From an uncultured Pseudomonadales bacterium (GTDB taxonomy: Bacteria; Patescibacteriota; Microgenomatia; UBA1400; UBA12028), in NCBI GenBank assembly GCA_964509365.1, contig CAZDWN010000001.1, positions 80,143-144,142 of the forward strand: DNA of 64,000 nucleotides, read 5' to 3'. A program made the translations under genes and the position numbers. Numbering within the stretch: the stretch's first letter is position 1; each line of letters opens with the position of its first letter. The notes beneath the pieces were generated by a model. That model was not told where the DNA came from and did not search any database. It was given only the letters and a program-made list of their open reading frames with translations. Below are positions 26,297-36,603 of this stretch, piece after piece.

Positions 26297-28800
26297 GGGT
26301 TCACTTCTTTCCAAATGTACGACGGGGTTTTCAGTTTGTCTGGAGCGTTTTGGATCAGGTCAGGTCTATAGATAAAGAGACTTGCTGGCCCTTTGTTGTT
26401 TTCGACGCCGTTGTTCCCATAGCGAAAATCTCGTGGCAAGCTGATACCAGATCGAGCTGCAAACGTCCCTTCTCCGATGAACTTCTTTTCGCTGCCTGCG
26501 ATCGTGGAAGTCGCCACTGTGAGTGTGCCATCAGCAAAGTACATGCCCTGCACTTGTCCTCCACTTGTCTGCGCCGAGAATGGCAAGGTTGCGGTACCGA
26601 CATCTTTACTGATGGAGATATTTCCCTTGACGATAAAGCCGATGAATCCACCTTTCGTCAACGTGATTGAATTATTGATGATCAAATTTCCTTTGACGAA
26701 CACGACGATTTTGTCTGCCGCGCCGACATTCCATGGAGTGTTGATCGTGAGGTCAGTATCCTGATAATAAAAATCTTTGCAGGTTGCGCCGCCACATGGT
26801 TTCGTTGCATTGCTCCCAGCCCCGAAATCATTCCCAAGACTTAGGCCCACACTAAACAATCGATAGAAATAGTCGTAACTATCTTTGATCAGTGGATTTG
26901 TGCCCACTTTGATGAGGCGTGAAGGACTGCCGACATTACTATCTTGCGATCCTGACGGATTACTCTTTAAGTCAGCATTTGCACCAGAGTTGATGAGCAG
27001 CGCGCCAAGACTATTTGCATTCCCAGAGGTCAGTCGCGTAGAGAGATTCGGATCGCAGCCGGTGATCGCGCAGAATTCTGTCGGGATTGGATCGTCGACT
27101 GCATTTCCGGACGGTGCCAACGCGGCGATGTCACCACCGACCGTTTGATACCAACTATTTGCGACAGGACTCAAGTAAAATTTGAGTGCAGGGCTCAGCG
27201 GCACCGTTTTAGAAGAGTATGTGCAACCGGCGGGACACGTGCAGTAGTAATTACTCAGTGGTGAAAGCGTGATGTCATAGTTGGCGTTCATGTTTGGCAC
27301 GTTGTTGATCGTCGCCGTACTTCCACTGACACTCCCATAGTACGTGAGTCCATTGGAGATTCCTTTGGCTTGGATCGCACCGCCACCGGAAAATGCCCTG
27401 CCTGTGCTTGGTGATGTACACTGCTCAGTCGAACCACTTCCAGTTCGGCTCGGCGCTGTCCCATTCGTCAATTGCGGATCTTCTTCGAGCGTCATCGTCA
27501 CATTGCTGGAACATGTACTCAATGTATAGTCCTGCGATCGACCGACCGTTGACGCCGGTGTACATGCCCCTGACGTGCTACTGGCCGTCACCAGTGAATG
27601 ATAGGTACCTGGCAAGAGTTGCAGATCGATATGGCATGTACCGCCTGCCGGACAACCCATTTGCGTTCCCGTTTGTGTAATTGGGGCGATGACGACATTA
27701 TCATTTTGATCTCGTATTTCGACGGTGTATCGATTTGCAAATGGGATCGCGAGCCAATTCCAACGAATGGTGGTCAGAGTTGTCGGTGTGGCTGCGCAGA
27801 CTCCCGACGCCGGATCGAGCGGTACTGGAGTGATACACTGGACCGGCGGTAACGGTCTTGGATTCGCCTGGATTTGCATGTACTGGTCGGGGCCTTTGAC
27901 GAGATACCCTGGACACGTAGTAAACCCATTCACTTTGAATTGAACAATTCCCGGAGACGTCGCTTTAAATCCGCACACCCAGTAGTGAGGAGAGGTCGCG
28001 TTGTAATAGACGTAGCCGCCTGAATAACAGGATACGGGCGTCGTATTCCCGGTCAGCGCCTGAAATGAGAAAGCGCTCGTACACGTGTCGTTGATAGGAT
28101 AGGCGACGGTGTAGAACCCATCGCCGACGAAGACGCTACTTTTTGCTGCAGCCGGTTGCGCAGCTGCATAGCTGTCCACCACATACAGTGAGAGTGATGC
28201 AGGTGGAGGATTGTTACTCCCCTGTCCGCATCCAGATGGATCCCACACACATGCACCACTCGGATTTGTGCGACACTGTGTCTGATTGGTGCCTGGGCAG
28301 CCACTACAACCGCCACAGGCTCCATACCCACTACTGCCATTTCCAGGTCCGCTGCCGCCACTACTTCCATTCACCCAGCAGCCGTAGGTGAGGTTTTGAG
28401 CACTCTCCATACAAGTTGAGTTCGAGCTTCCACCCCCGGAACACGTGGTGATCGACCCATTAAACTGACAACTCGGAGCTCCCGAGCAACCCACTGTCTG
28501 CGATCCCGTTGTCGCACACCAAGGTGGACCTGAGAGTGAGAAGTTATCACAGACTTGAATACACGATCCTTGTGCCGGACCACAATCACTTGGAACTTTT
28601 CCCAATGTACACGCGGTCAATGAATACGAACACTTTGAGCTGTATTGTGTGCAGACAGATGGTCCGCTGGTACATGCATATTGGTTGATGATACGAGATG
28701 GAGCGCAAGTCTGGGCATGGACTTTGCTCGTCTGTGACTGGATCGCAAAAAAGAAGACCGTGAGGGTCAGAATTCGTGCAATGTGCAAGACTTGCTTCAT
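26293..28800 (-). CDS. giant secreted Cys-rich surface protein, paralog B (835 aa)
   Basis: signal peptide, Cys/Gly/Ser-rich N-region, and a C-terminal ~400-aa module and tail GPASLFIYRPDLIQNAPDK..YIWKEVNP shared with A and C. Confidence 0.75.
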   Translation of the reverse strand: MKQVLHIARILTLTVFFFAIQSQTSKVHAQTCAPSRIINQYACTSGPSVCTQYSSKCSYSLTACTLGKVPSDCGPAQGSCIQVCDNFSLSGPPWCATTGSQTVGCSGAPSCQFNGSITTCSGGGSSNSTCMESAQNLTYGCWVNGSSGGSGPGNGSSGYGACGGCSGCPGTNQTQCRTNPSGACVWDPSGCGQGSNNPPPASLSLYVVDSYAAAQPAAAKSSVFVGDGFYTVAYPINDTCTSAFSFQALTGNTTPVSCYSGGYVYYNATSPHYWVCGFKATSPGIVQFKVNGFTTCPGYLVKGPDQYMQIQANPRPLPPVQCITPVPLDPASGVCAATPTTLTTIRWNWLAIPFANRYTVEIRDQNDNVVIAPITQTGTQMGCPAGGTCHIDLQLLPGTYHSLVTASSTSGACTPASTVGRSQDYTLSTCSSNVTMTLEEDPQLTNGTAPSRTGSGSTEQCTSPSTGRAFSGGGAIQAKGISNGLTYYGSVSGSTATINNVPNMNANYDITLSPLSNYYCTCPAGCTYSSKTVPLSPALKFYLSPVANSWYQTVGGDIAALAPSGNAVDDPIPTEFCAITGCDPNLSTRLTSGNANSLGALLINSGANADLKSNPSGSQDSNVGSPSRLIKVGTNPLIKDSYDYFYRLFSVGLSLGNDFGAGSNATKPCGGATCKDFYYQDTDLTINTPWNVGAADKIVVFVKGNLIINNSITLTKGGFIGFIVKGNISISKDVGTATLPFSAQTSGGQVQGMYFADGTLTVATSTIAGSEKKFIGEGTFAARSGISLPRDFRYGNNGVENNKGPASLFIYRPDLIQNAPDKLKTPSYIWKEVNP

Positions 28801-29363
28801 AGCGTTGCGACCATTTGTGGCTGAATACTATAGGTGTTTGGAGTGATTTCTTTGGCTTGGAGGAGCGCCTCCATTGGCGGCACGAGGCTTTTGACAGCGT
28901 CGGCATCCGTCTTCGTGACGACGACTCGGACCTCGATCGACGTTCCTGTTTTGAGTGACGATAAGATCTCCGATACTTTTTGCATCTTCCAAGGCAATTG
29001 ACCTTTCGTATCGAGATCAGCAAAATTGATTTGTGACACACCTTGAGCGAGCATGACACGAACAGGAATTTTCTTCTCATCGCCTTCGATCGCTATATCC
29101 ATCGCATACAGGCCAGAGTAGTCTTTTGGAGCCGTGAGGATCGTCCCTCTCACTGTATAAATCGTTTGATCATTACTTGGTTCGTTTTTGCGGACAAAAT
29201 ATTTTGGATTGCGAGTCTCTTGTATTGTCGGCGTTTGCTCGGTACTGACAGCCACAAATTCCTTTTTCGCCGCACTCCCACTTCGGCGTGTCGCCCAAAA
29301 AACGAGTCCAGCAAGGAGTGTGAAAAAAATGACGAGGACAATGAGGACAGAATACGATTTCAT
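28797..29363 (-). CDS. hypothetical N-terminally TM-anchored protein
   Basis: 188 aa; overlaps the giant gene start by 4 nt, the same layout as 23557-24150. Confidence 0.45.
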   Translation of the reverse strand: MKSYSVLIVLVIFFTLLAGLVFWATRRSGSAAKKEFVAVSTEQTPTIQETRNPKYFVRKNEPSNDQTIYTVRGTILTAPKDYSGLYAMDIAIEGDEKKIPVRVMLAQGVSQINFADLDTKGQLPWKMQKVSEILSSLKTGTSIEVRVVVTKTDADAVKSLVPPMEALLQAKEITPNTYSIQPQMVATL

Positions 29364-29414
29364 GCTACTTTCTAGAGTAGCTGTATCTGATCAGTATTTC
29401 AAGCAGTTATGGAA

Positions 29415-30812
29415 TTATTGTGGGAACACAATGAATGAGGCCGGATAATAGATGCCAGGCTGCATTTGACCTTGTAAGGTGCCGAATCGAACATCAACAT
29501 CGTAATTATTTGCAGGAAATGTACCTGCCGCCGTATTCTTAGCAAGATCTTGAGCAATCGCGATATACGCTGCTCTTACATCTGGGCTGTACCCTATATT
29601 GTTAGCCACCAATTTAATCTGCAATTTTGCACCATTCGGCAGATCTCGCAGTTGTTTCAATATTTCACTCATGTCCAAACTAAGAGGAGCTTTGTCCCCA
29701 ATTGCTAGATCCATTCGTCCTTGCGAAGCAATCGGTATGAGCGCCGCAAAAACTGTATCATTGCCGCCCACCCATTGAACCAGACAGAATGAATATTTTT
29801 CTGTACCGTACATGACCTCGTGTTGCGTACAGTCTGCTAAGGCAACTGTGAGCATCGTTGGTTCTCCGGTCTCAGCATCGATGGAGAATCCGGTTGGACC
29901 AATTTTTTTTACTTCTTCGAGCGACAACATACTTGTAGGTACAAATTTATTGTCGATCAACTCCTGTAGCAATGGAGTGGCAGCTTTCCAGACTGAGGAA
30001 AGGACAATTCCTTCAAATCCTGGAATCTTTAATTCTTTCGTGCTTGATCCGGTCTCCGCAACTGCGGCATTTGTTTCGATAATAAGTTGTAGTCTCTCTC
30101 CACTAAGACCCTTCTGCGCTACCCACTTCCCACTCACTAGCTTGTACCATGTAAGATCGCCATCCGTAAGGGTTTCACCGGTAAAATATTCTTTTGTTCC
30201 AGTGACAAATTTGGTCGCAGGAAAGTTGACCCCTGGACCAGTTCGCAAGTTCGCGCCTTCGACAATATTGATTTGTGCTTTGAAAATAGAAAATTTTGCT
30301 TCCGCAGCGGTGTGAAAAGTTTTGGACTTTTGAGATGCATCTATAGCTTTGAAATTGAGTACGACGTACTCTGGAGTGCCGCCCACGCTGACTTCAAGCA
30401 ATACCACGTCACCCATGTTGACGTCAGGAGAATCCCAGCTTAGTGTATTGACGAGTGAGTCTGGCGTCAGATCCATGACTTTTGCAAGTTGCGAAAGTAT
30501 TTCAGGGGATGCAGGGACGCGAGTGACTGGGATTTCAGCTCCATTGACGGTGAGCGCTAGAGCGATATCGGTCCCGAGTGGATCTTCACCAGTGGATTGT
30601 TCAATATCACGCGGGATGTGCTGCGCCCAAAGATCTGAAGTGACGATCGTACTGTCGCCTTCATTTTTCCCAGAATTACTTTCTACAGTTTTGGAGTTTG
30701 CGGAGATTTCTCCGGCGTTTGCAGCGACGATGAGGCCCATTGCACCCGCGGCGAGTACAGCTTTATTCTTTAGAGTTCTCAAGAAATTTTTCTTTGGTTC
30801 CATCTCTCCCAT
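29415..30812 (-). CDS. secreted protein with an SH3b-like domain
   Basis: signal-like N terminus; GANLRTGPGVNFPATKFVTG...DLTWYKLVSGKWVAQKG resembles bacterial SH3. Confidence 0.5.
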   Translation of the reverse strand: MGEMEPKKNFLRTLKNKAVLAAGAMGLIVAANAGEISANSKTVESNSGKNEGDSTIVTSDLWAQHIPRDIEQSTGEDPLGTDIALALTVNGAEIPVTRVPASPEILSQLAKVMDLTPDSLVNTLSWDSPDVNMGDVVLLEVSVGGTPEYVVLNFKAIDASQKSKTFHTAAEAKFSIFKAQINIVEGANLRTGPGVNFPATKFVTGTKEYFTGETLTDGDLTWYKLVSGKWVAQKGLSGERLQLIIETNAAVAETGSSTKELKIPGFEGIVLSSVWKAATPLLQELIDNKFVPTSMLSLEEVKKIGPTGFSIDAETGEPTMLTVALADCTQHEVMYGTEKYSFCLVQWVGGNDTVFAALIPIASQGRMDLAIGDKAPLSLDMSEILKQLRDLPNGAKLQIKLVANNIGYSPDVRAAYIAIAQDLAKNTAAGTFPANNYDVDVRFGTLQGQMQPGIYYPASFIVFPQ

Positions 30813-30849
30813 ACTACCTTATCTTTCAGGTTGTCTCATGAGTCAAATC

Positions 30850-31218
30850 TCATTCTCGCTTAAAGCAACCAATCTCAACCAACTCACCAAACTGATTTGG
30901 GAACTCCCCAATCACGGTGACTTTTGCTCCGTTTGGACCTTGCTCAGACGGCGGTTCCAGTTGAAAAGTGTGAGGGTTGATAAACGTAGAATCATGAAGA
31001 TTGAGAACTGCGTCGCACTGAGCGATAAGCGAATCAAGATCAGCAGGTTGAGCTGGAATTGGTTCACCGGTTGGCGACTCAGAACGCACTGCTAAAATTG
31101 CTCCAACGGAGATCAAGACTATAGCTGCGGCAGTTTTTAGTCGATCAATGATCTTTGGATCAATTGGCGATTCAGGTGTTCCAAATCCTACGGTTTCTTT
31201 AGTCTTTTGTGTTGCCAT
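30850..31218 (-). CDS. hypothetical protein with one hydrophobic segment
   Basis: 122-aa ORF preceded by the conserved hairpin. Confidence 0.4.
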   Translation of the reverse strand: MATQKTKETVGFGTPESPIDPKIIDRLKTAAAIVLISVGAILAVRSESPTGEPIPAQPADLDSLIAQCDAVLNLHDSTFINPHTFQLEPPSEQGPNGAKVTVIGEFPNQFGELVEIGCFKRE

Positions 31219-31260
31219 ATGTATAACTCATAGCGATTTACTATAAGTTTTGTAGTAAGT

Positions 31261-31285
31261 AAAAAAATGACCGCCTAGGCGGTCT
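31261..31285 (-). terminator. intrinsic terminator gaccgcc-tag-ggcggtc with a T7 run on the minus strand
   Basis: perfect 7-bp stem 150 nt past the paralog C stop; sequence relative of the hairpin at 25327-25354. Confidence 0.55.
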
Positions 31286-31430
31286 GAACAATTTGCAATG
31301 CGCTCTCGAGGAGATTGACATCTTCCCTCAGTGGAACGAACTCTCTTTGCTTCATTAAATACAAAGTATATACCTCTTTGTCAAGGAACGCAATATACTA
31401 TGGGACTTACAGATAAGTTTGAGGTGTACA

Positions 31431-33869
31431 TCAAGGAGAGACTTCTCGCCAATTATAGGAAGATGTGCGCATCCGAGGAGGAGCATTCTTGACGAAGTCA
31501 GGTCGGTAGATAAACAACGCTCCAGGGAATGTGTTGTTGTCCAAGCCTACGTCCGCCCTGGCATAGTCTCGATCGATCTTGATGCCACCACAGGCAGCAT
31601 ATGTCCCTTCCGCTACGAGTTTCTTCTCTTCAGTCACTCCCCCTCCCAAGACTTTGATGCTGTTATTGGCGATAAAGACTCCTTGGACTTGCCCAGGGCC
31701 AGTACTACTATGGTTACTTGTCCCCACATTTGCTCCGATCTGTATATCTCCAGAGACGATGAATGCGAGGAAGGCGTCTGTCGGGACGGTGATGTTTGCA
31801 TTGACGTGAAGATCGCCATTGACAAAGACGACGATCGTATCCCCACTCTGGACATTCCAATCACTAGCGATCGTCAATGGGAGCGCGCCACTGTAATAGT
31901 ATGCAGACTTTCCATTGCTTGGCGAGCTGCCTTTGGCAGGCATCACTGCATTCGCTGGATTTTGGAAATCAGAGCTTGGATTGATACCCATACTATAGAG
32001 ACGATAAAAGTAAAGGTAGTTTTCGTTGCACTGGAGAGCGTTCGTGAGTTTCACCGAGTGGTCATCCGGTGATGCAGCGATAGTACCTGACAGGAAATTG
32101 ACGACTGAGCGCGCCATCGTGATCAAGGCTCCAATCGAGTTTTTACTGATTCCCAGTGGCAGTGAGAGAAATGGATGACAGTACGGCTCGACGCAGCCAG
32201 CTGGGATAGTGTCACCCAGTGCGACTCCCCCATCCACTTGAGCGGCGACATCGCCACCCATTGTTTGATACCAAGCTTTCCCGATCGGCGTGACATAAAA
32301 TTTGAGGTCTTCGGTCGTTGGAGCACTTTTTTGGTGATACTCACATCCTGCTGGACAGCTACAGGTATAGTTTGGATCCGACGGAGTGAATTTAACGGTA
32401 TACGTGCCATCTGCTTGCGGGAGACTCGAAATTGTATATGTGCCATCTCCTTTTATCGAACCACGATATGGGGCCGCGACGCCATTCAGTGCTTCCACCG
32501 ACCCAAAGGTAAATGCGTCACCAGTATCGGGGGAGCTACAGTACTTTGACAAAAATCCTATTGCAGTTGGCTTTGTCCCGCCTTTGAGAGACGGATCCGT
32601 CTCTACATGCGAGGTAATCGATGCGAGAGGTGTGGCAGTCGGTTTTGGCGTTGGTGTCGGCGTAGGGACTGCGGTAGGCGTAGCTGTGGGTTTTGCAGTC
32701 GGAGTGGCCGTCGGCCTCACAGTTGGTGACGCACTCGGATTTGCAGTGGGAGTCGGTGTGGGTACAGTGCCATTGCACGCAGCTTGATTCAACTCGATCA
32801 CATAGCCAATAGATTTTCCGCCACAGAAGAGATCAAGTTGCCACTTGCTACAGATTGGTCCCATGCCAAGCACGATACTCGCGCCTGGCGCCAGTGTTTG
32901 CGTCCCATTAGAGTCCGCCAGTTTATCCCATCGATCCAAGAGCCAATCAAACGTCGCAGGTGTAGTTGAGATATTTTTGACGATGAATTTATCTGTAGTG
33001 TTCCACATGATCGGATCTGGATACGGATTCGTGGTCAGTTGACTGAGGCTACAATTTGCTACGGGTGCAGGAGTTGGACTCGGTGTCGGCGTCGCTACTT
33101 TAGTCGTGAAGTTGAGAGTCAGTACAGAGCTCGTACAGGCGGAGCCAGATGACTGAGCTGTTGCAATTCGCATGGTGTAATCAGTATTGGCTTTGTAGGT
33201 ATATGGCCAGCCACGAGGATTTTGGTACATGATCTCGCCACCAGTCACTTGCGCATTAAACTCATATGAGCCTGGGACGCCCACACTGTGATCGTCGATA
33301 TTGAGATAATAGATCGTAGCGACAGTGCCGCCTGGAGCGCTAAAGAATGGATAGTATTGTCCTGGAGCTATCACTGCTCCATTGGCGATGCCGGCAGGGA
33401 TCGACCAGCGCCAGACTGGAGTCCCAGGTGCACCCAGGGTACCACAGACGTTATTCGTGCAGTTTGGATATTGGAAACTCCCCATTCCTTGCCAAGTGTT
33501 GGTGCTTGCCATGCATTGAATACACACATATGGAGGTCCTGCATTTCCACTCGCATTGCATACTGCTCCCGGAGTCGCTGGACCACAGTTTGGGTTGTAG
33601 TTACCGCACAGTGGTCCTGTATACCCACTACTACACGCATTACCGACAGGATGATCTGCTGGACACGTACGGCAAGAAGGATCAGTGCCGCAATCATCAC
33701 CTTGATTTTTCCAGTAGATATCGTTACTACAGGCGTTACATTTGGTTGGATCATTCCCAGGACTTTCGCAGCAGGTACGGCCGGCAAATGCGTGCGGAGC
33801 TTTGACAAACGAGATCATTCCAAACAGGATAAAAAAAAGTGCGAGTGAACGGATCCGAGCGACAGACAT
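31431..33869 (-). CDS. giant secreted Cys-rich surface protein, paralog C (812 aa)
   Basis: signal peptide; N-domain CGNYNPNCG...PPYVCIQC...VWRWSIPAG..YYPFFSAPGG nearly identical to A; Pro/Thr-rich linker; C-terminal module and tail PGALFIYRPDFVKNAPPR..YNWREVSP. Confidence 0.75.
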   Translation of the reverse strand: MSVARIRSLALFFILFGMISFVKAPHAFAGRTCCESPGNDPTKCNACSNDIYWKNQGDDCGTDPSCRTCPADHPVGNACSSGYTGPLCGNYNPNCGPATPGAVCNASGNAGPPYVCIQCMASTNTWQGMGSFQYPNCTNNVCGTLGAPGTPVWRWSIPAGIANGAVIAPGQYYPFFSAPGGTVATIYYLNIDDHSVGVPGSYEFNAQVTGGEIMYQNPRGWPYTYKANTDYTMRIATAQSSGSACTSSVLTLNFTTKVATPTPSPTPAPVANCSLSQLTTNPYPDPIMWNTTDKFIVKNISTTPATFDWLLDRWDKLADSNGTQTLAPGASIVLGMGPICSKWQLDLFCGGKSIGYVIELNQAACNGTVPTPTPTANPSASPTVRPTATPTAKPTATPTAVPTPTPTPKPTATPLASITSHVETDPSLKGGTKPTAIGFLSKYCSSPDTGDAFTFGSVEALNGVAAPYRGSIKGDGTYTISSLPQADGTYTVKFTPSDPNYTCSCPAGCEYHQKSAPTTEDLKFYVTPIGKAWYQTMGGDVAAQVDGGVALGDTIPAGCVEPYCHPFLSLPLGISKNSIGALITMARSVVNFLSGTIAASPDDHSVKLTNALQCNENYLYFYRLYSMGINPSSDFQNPANAVMPAKGSSPSNGKSAYYYSGALPLTIASDWNVQSGDTIVVFVNGDLHVNANITVPTDAFLAFIVSGDIQIGANVGTSNHSSTGPGQVQGVFIANNSIKVLGGGVTEEKKLVAEGTYAACGGIKIDRDYARADVGLDNNTFPGALFIYRPDFVKNAPPRMRTSSYNWREVSP

Positions 33870-33907
33870 ACATTGAGTATGCCTATAAATGAGACAAACT
33901 GCAATTA

Positions 33908-35035
33908 CTATTTTGAAACGAAGATTGCGAAGAGATCTTTGATCGTGATGAGGAGGAGCAGTCCCATTAAGAACAAAAAACCAAATTGATTGAGGTTTTG
34001 TGAGATTGACTCAAATCGTTTTCCTTTGATAAGTTTTTCAAGGATGAGCAAAAAGATTCTGCCTCCATCGAGTGCTGGGATCGGCAAGAGGTTCATCACC
34101 CCCAGATTGATGGAGAGGAGTGCGGCGAAATTAAATCCAGTCGCCCACCCACTCGAGAAAAGATCTTCTTTTTGCACTTCGTGCGCGATGCCGACTGGTC
34201 CTGAGATGTCGCTGGGGACTCGCCCGCTGCCAAGCGATTTCCCGATGCCAGCGAGCGCATTGAGGATAGAGCCACCAAATGCGATCGATTGCTGGATCCC
34301 GTACATCATCCCTCGCACTGGCTGCTCGATCCCAGGATAAAACTTCGTTGAATAGTCGGTATCAGTGAGTGCAATCCCGATCGTCCCTTCTCCGCTTGGG
34401 ATTTCCGATTCTTTTCTCGCATAGACGGGGATGGTGATCTCGTTGCCTTCGCGTTTGATGATCATCGTCAGCGTCTCACCGCGATGCGCATTCACAAATG
34501 TGATCATCGCTTTAGCGTCGGTGATCTCTTGTTTGGTTTTGCCATCACCGGTTTGGATACGCAGGAGTTGATCTTCTTTGAGGATTCCAGCTTTTTGCGC
34601 GGGACTATTCTGCGAGACTGCCGTCACTTTTGGAGTGATCTTTGTGGTCACTGGGATGCCGTAGAGAGAGAACAATGTCGAAAAGACGATCACCCCAAAG
34701 AGGATATTTACGGTCGGCCCTGCGAGCACGATCAGTATTTTTTGCCACAGTTTTCGCGAATAAAATGGGAAAAACTCACTCTTGCTTGTCGACTTGTCGA
34801 CTGATCGACTGGTCACCTGATCTTCACCTTCCATTCGTACAAACCCACCCAAAAACAGCCAGTTGAGTGTGATTGGGATACCTTTCCAATGAAAAAGAAT
34901 TCCAGCTCGTGGAGGGATACCGAGACCAAACTCTTCGATTTTCACTTTGCACTTTCGCGCGACGAAAAAATGCCCGAGCTCATGGATGAGGATGAGAAAA
35001 GTGAGGACGAGAATGAAAAGAATAATAGATAGCAT
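33908..35035 (-). CDS. rseP: RIP zinc metalloprotease RseP (site-2 protease)
   Basis: HELGHF zinc motif in TM1, internal PDZ-like segment, C-terminal LDGG motif. Confidence 0.8.
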   Translation of the reverse strand: MLSIILFILVLTFLILIHELGHFFVARKCKVKIEEFGLGIPPRAGILFHWKGIPITLNWLFLGGFVRMEGEDQVTSRSVDKSTSKSEFFPFYSRKLWQKILIVLAGPTVNILFGVIVFSTLFSLYGIPVTTKITPKVTAVSQNSPAQKAGILKEDQLLRIQTGDGKTKQEITDAKAMITFVNAHRGETLTMIIKREGNEITIPVYARKESEIPSGEGTIGIALTDTDYSTKFYPGIEQPVRGMMYGIQQSIAFGGSILNALAGIGKSLGSGRVPSDISGPVGIAHEVQKEDLFSSGWATGFNFAALLSINLGVMNLLPIPALDGGRIFLLILEKLIKGKRFESISQNLNQFGFLFLMGLLLLITIKDLFAIFVSK

Positions 35036-35071
35036 AGTTTGGTACGAGGCTTGCTCACTAGAATTTCAGCA

Positions 35072-35106
35072 CGCAGGTATGTCCTTACTGGACGACACGA
35101 GTACTG
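35072..35106. repeat. 35-nt conserved intergenic element, copy 2
   Basis: cgcaggtatgtccttactggacgacacgagtactg in the frr-rseP spacer. Confidence 0.55.
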
Positions 35107-35128
35107 CAAATTCGGTGAGAAAGCCGTT

Positions 35129-35680
35129 TTACAGTTCGCTTAATTCTTTTTCTTTTGTTTTTGTGAGTTCTTCGATCTTCAGTGTAAACTCTTCAGTGAC
35201 CTTTTGTAACTCTACGAGATCTCGCTTGATATCATCTTCACTGATGCCAGCTTGGCCTTCTTGCCCGTCGATCATCTTCTTATATTTCGTGCGGATATCT
35301 CGAAGCATTTCGAGTGCTCCGTTTTTCTTTTGTCCGACGAGCTTGACGAGTTCTTGACGTCGCTCTCCCGTGAGGGCTGGGATCGAGAGTCTGATTTGTT
35401 CCCCGTCGACGATCGGTTGGATATGAAGATCCGAGATCGTGATCGCTTTTTCAATTGCCTTGATCACTGACTTGTCCCAAGGTTTGATGAGGATTTGCGT
35501 CGAGTCTGGAGCGCTGATGGTCGCAAGTTCCATGATTTTCATTTGCGAACCGTAAGCTTCTACTTCGATATTTTCTACGAGTGATGGCTTCGCTCTGCCG
35601 GTGCGCACACTCGCAAGATCCGCGAGGTAGACTTCGGTGAGTTTATTACTATCTTGTTTCATTGATGAAAAACTAAACAT
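35129..35680 (-). CDS. frr: ribosome recycling factor
   Basis: 183 aa with RTGRAKPSL motif; strong SD aggagg. Confidence 0.85.
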   Translation of the reverse strand: MFSFSSMKQDSNKLTEVYLADLASVRTGRAKPSLVENIEVEAYGSQMKIMELATISAPDSTQILIKPWDKSVIKAIEKAITISDLHIQPIVDGEQIRLSIPALTGERRQELVKLVGQKKNGALEMLRDIRTKYKKMIDGQEGQAGISEDDIKRDLVELQKVTEEFTLKIEELTKTKEKELSEL

Positions 35681-35690
35681 CTTCCTCCTA

Positions 35691-35727
35691 TTGATCTACT
35701 GATCTACTGATCAACTGATCTACTAGA
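35691..35727. repeat. GATC-rich octamer tandem repeat (4 x tgatctac-like)
   Basis: ttgatctactgatctactgatcaactgatctac immediately 5' of frr. Confidence 0.55.
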
Positions 35728-35746
35728 GTATGTTACCATACTCTAT

Positions 35747-36592
35747 ATGTGGAAACTGAAGACGTACCTTCATTCTTTACGAGCATCGCTCACTGATCCC
35801 GGCTACTATTTTACCTTACGGAGCACTCGCGCATTTTTTTCCATTCAGTTTTTTTTATTTTCGCTTTTTTTGATCGCACTGGGTGAGATTGCAAACTGGA
35901 ATTATCGCTTGCTGCCGACGATGACTGCCGCGGTCCGAACTGAGACCAACCAAGCGATCGCACAGGTTCCAGAAGATGCAGTGTTTGGCTATGACGGCAA
36001 TACGTTAGTGACCAATGGAGTGTCACTACCATTGACGATTACCTCTTCACAGACAGCGCAAGATCATGGGTTTCCAAAAAACCTCGTTGAAGTGACCAAA
36101 GAAGAAAAAGCGAGTGGCAACTCACTGCTGACGCTGACGCCGACGCATGCAATGTTCCATATGGACACGGATCCCGCTGGCGAGACTACGTATTCCGATA
36201 TTTTTGGGGACATGCGAGGCAATCTTTCCCGTGATCAGATCCGGACTGCAGCGAATACATTGTTTGATACCATCATCATGTATCGACTGCAAATCGCGAT
36301 CATTTTCGCACTTTTTGGATTACTTTCGAGCATTTTTACTGGGATCATCACGATCCTTCTCTACTCAGTGATCGTGCAAGTGATCGGCTGGGTCTTGGAT
36401 CTTCGGTTGACGTATCGCTATGCACTTCGGTGGGGACTTCATATCTTTCCGATTGCCCTAGCGATCCAAGAAATCTCGAGTGTGATCGCGCCTGATTCCT
36501 CGTTTCCGATTCTCTCCGTGACGTATATCGCCATGGCCGTGCTTATTATTTGGATTGGTCGCAGCGAGCGGCCCACTATTGTCTTTCAATGA
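35747..36592 (+). CDS. hypothetical polytopic membrane protein
   Basis: 281 aa with several hydrophobic helices. Confidence 0.45.
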   Translation: MWKLKTYLHSLRASLTDPGYYFTLRSTRAFFSIQFFLFSLFLIALGEIANWNYRLLPTMTAAVRTETNQAIAQVPEDAVFGYDGNTLVTNGVSLPLTITSSQTAQDHGFPKNLVEVTKEEKASGNSLLTLTPTHAMFHMDTDPAGETTYSDIFGDMRGNLSRDQIRTAANTLFDTIIMYRLQIAIIFALFGLLSSIFTGIITILLYSVIVQVIGWVLDLRLTYRYALRWGLHIFPIALAIQEISSVIAPDSSFPILSVTYIAMAVLIIWIGRSERPTIVFQ

Positions 36593-36603
36593 TTGGAGAT
36601 TTT

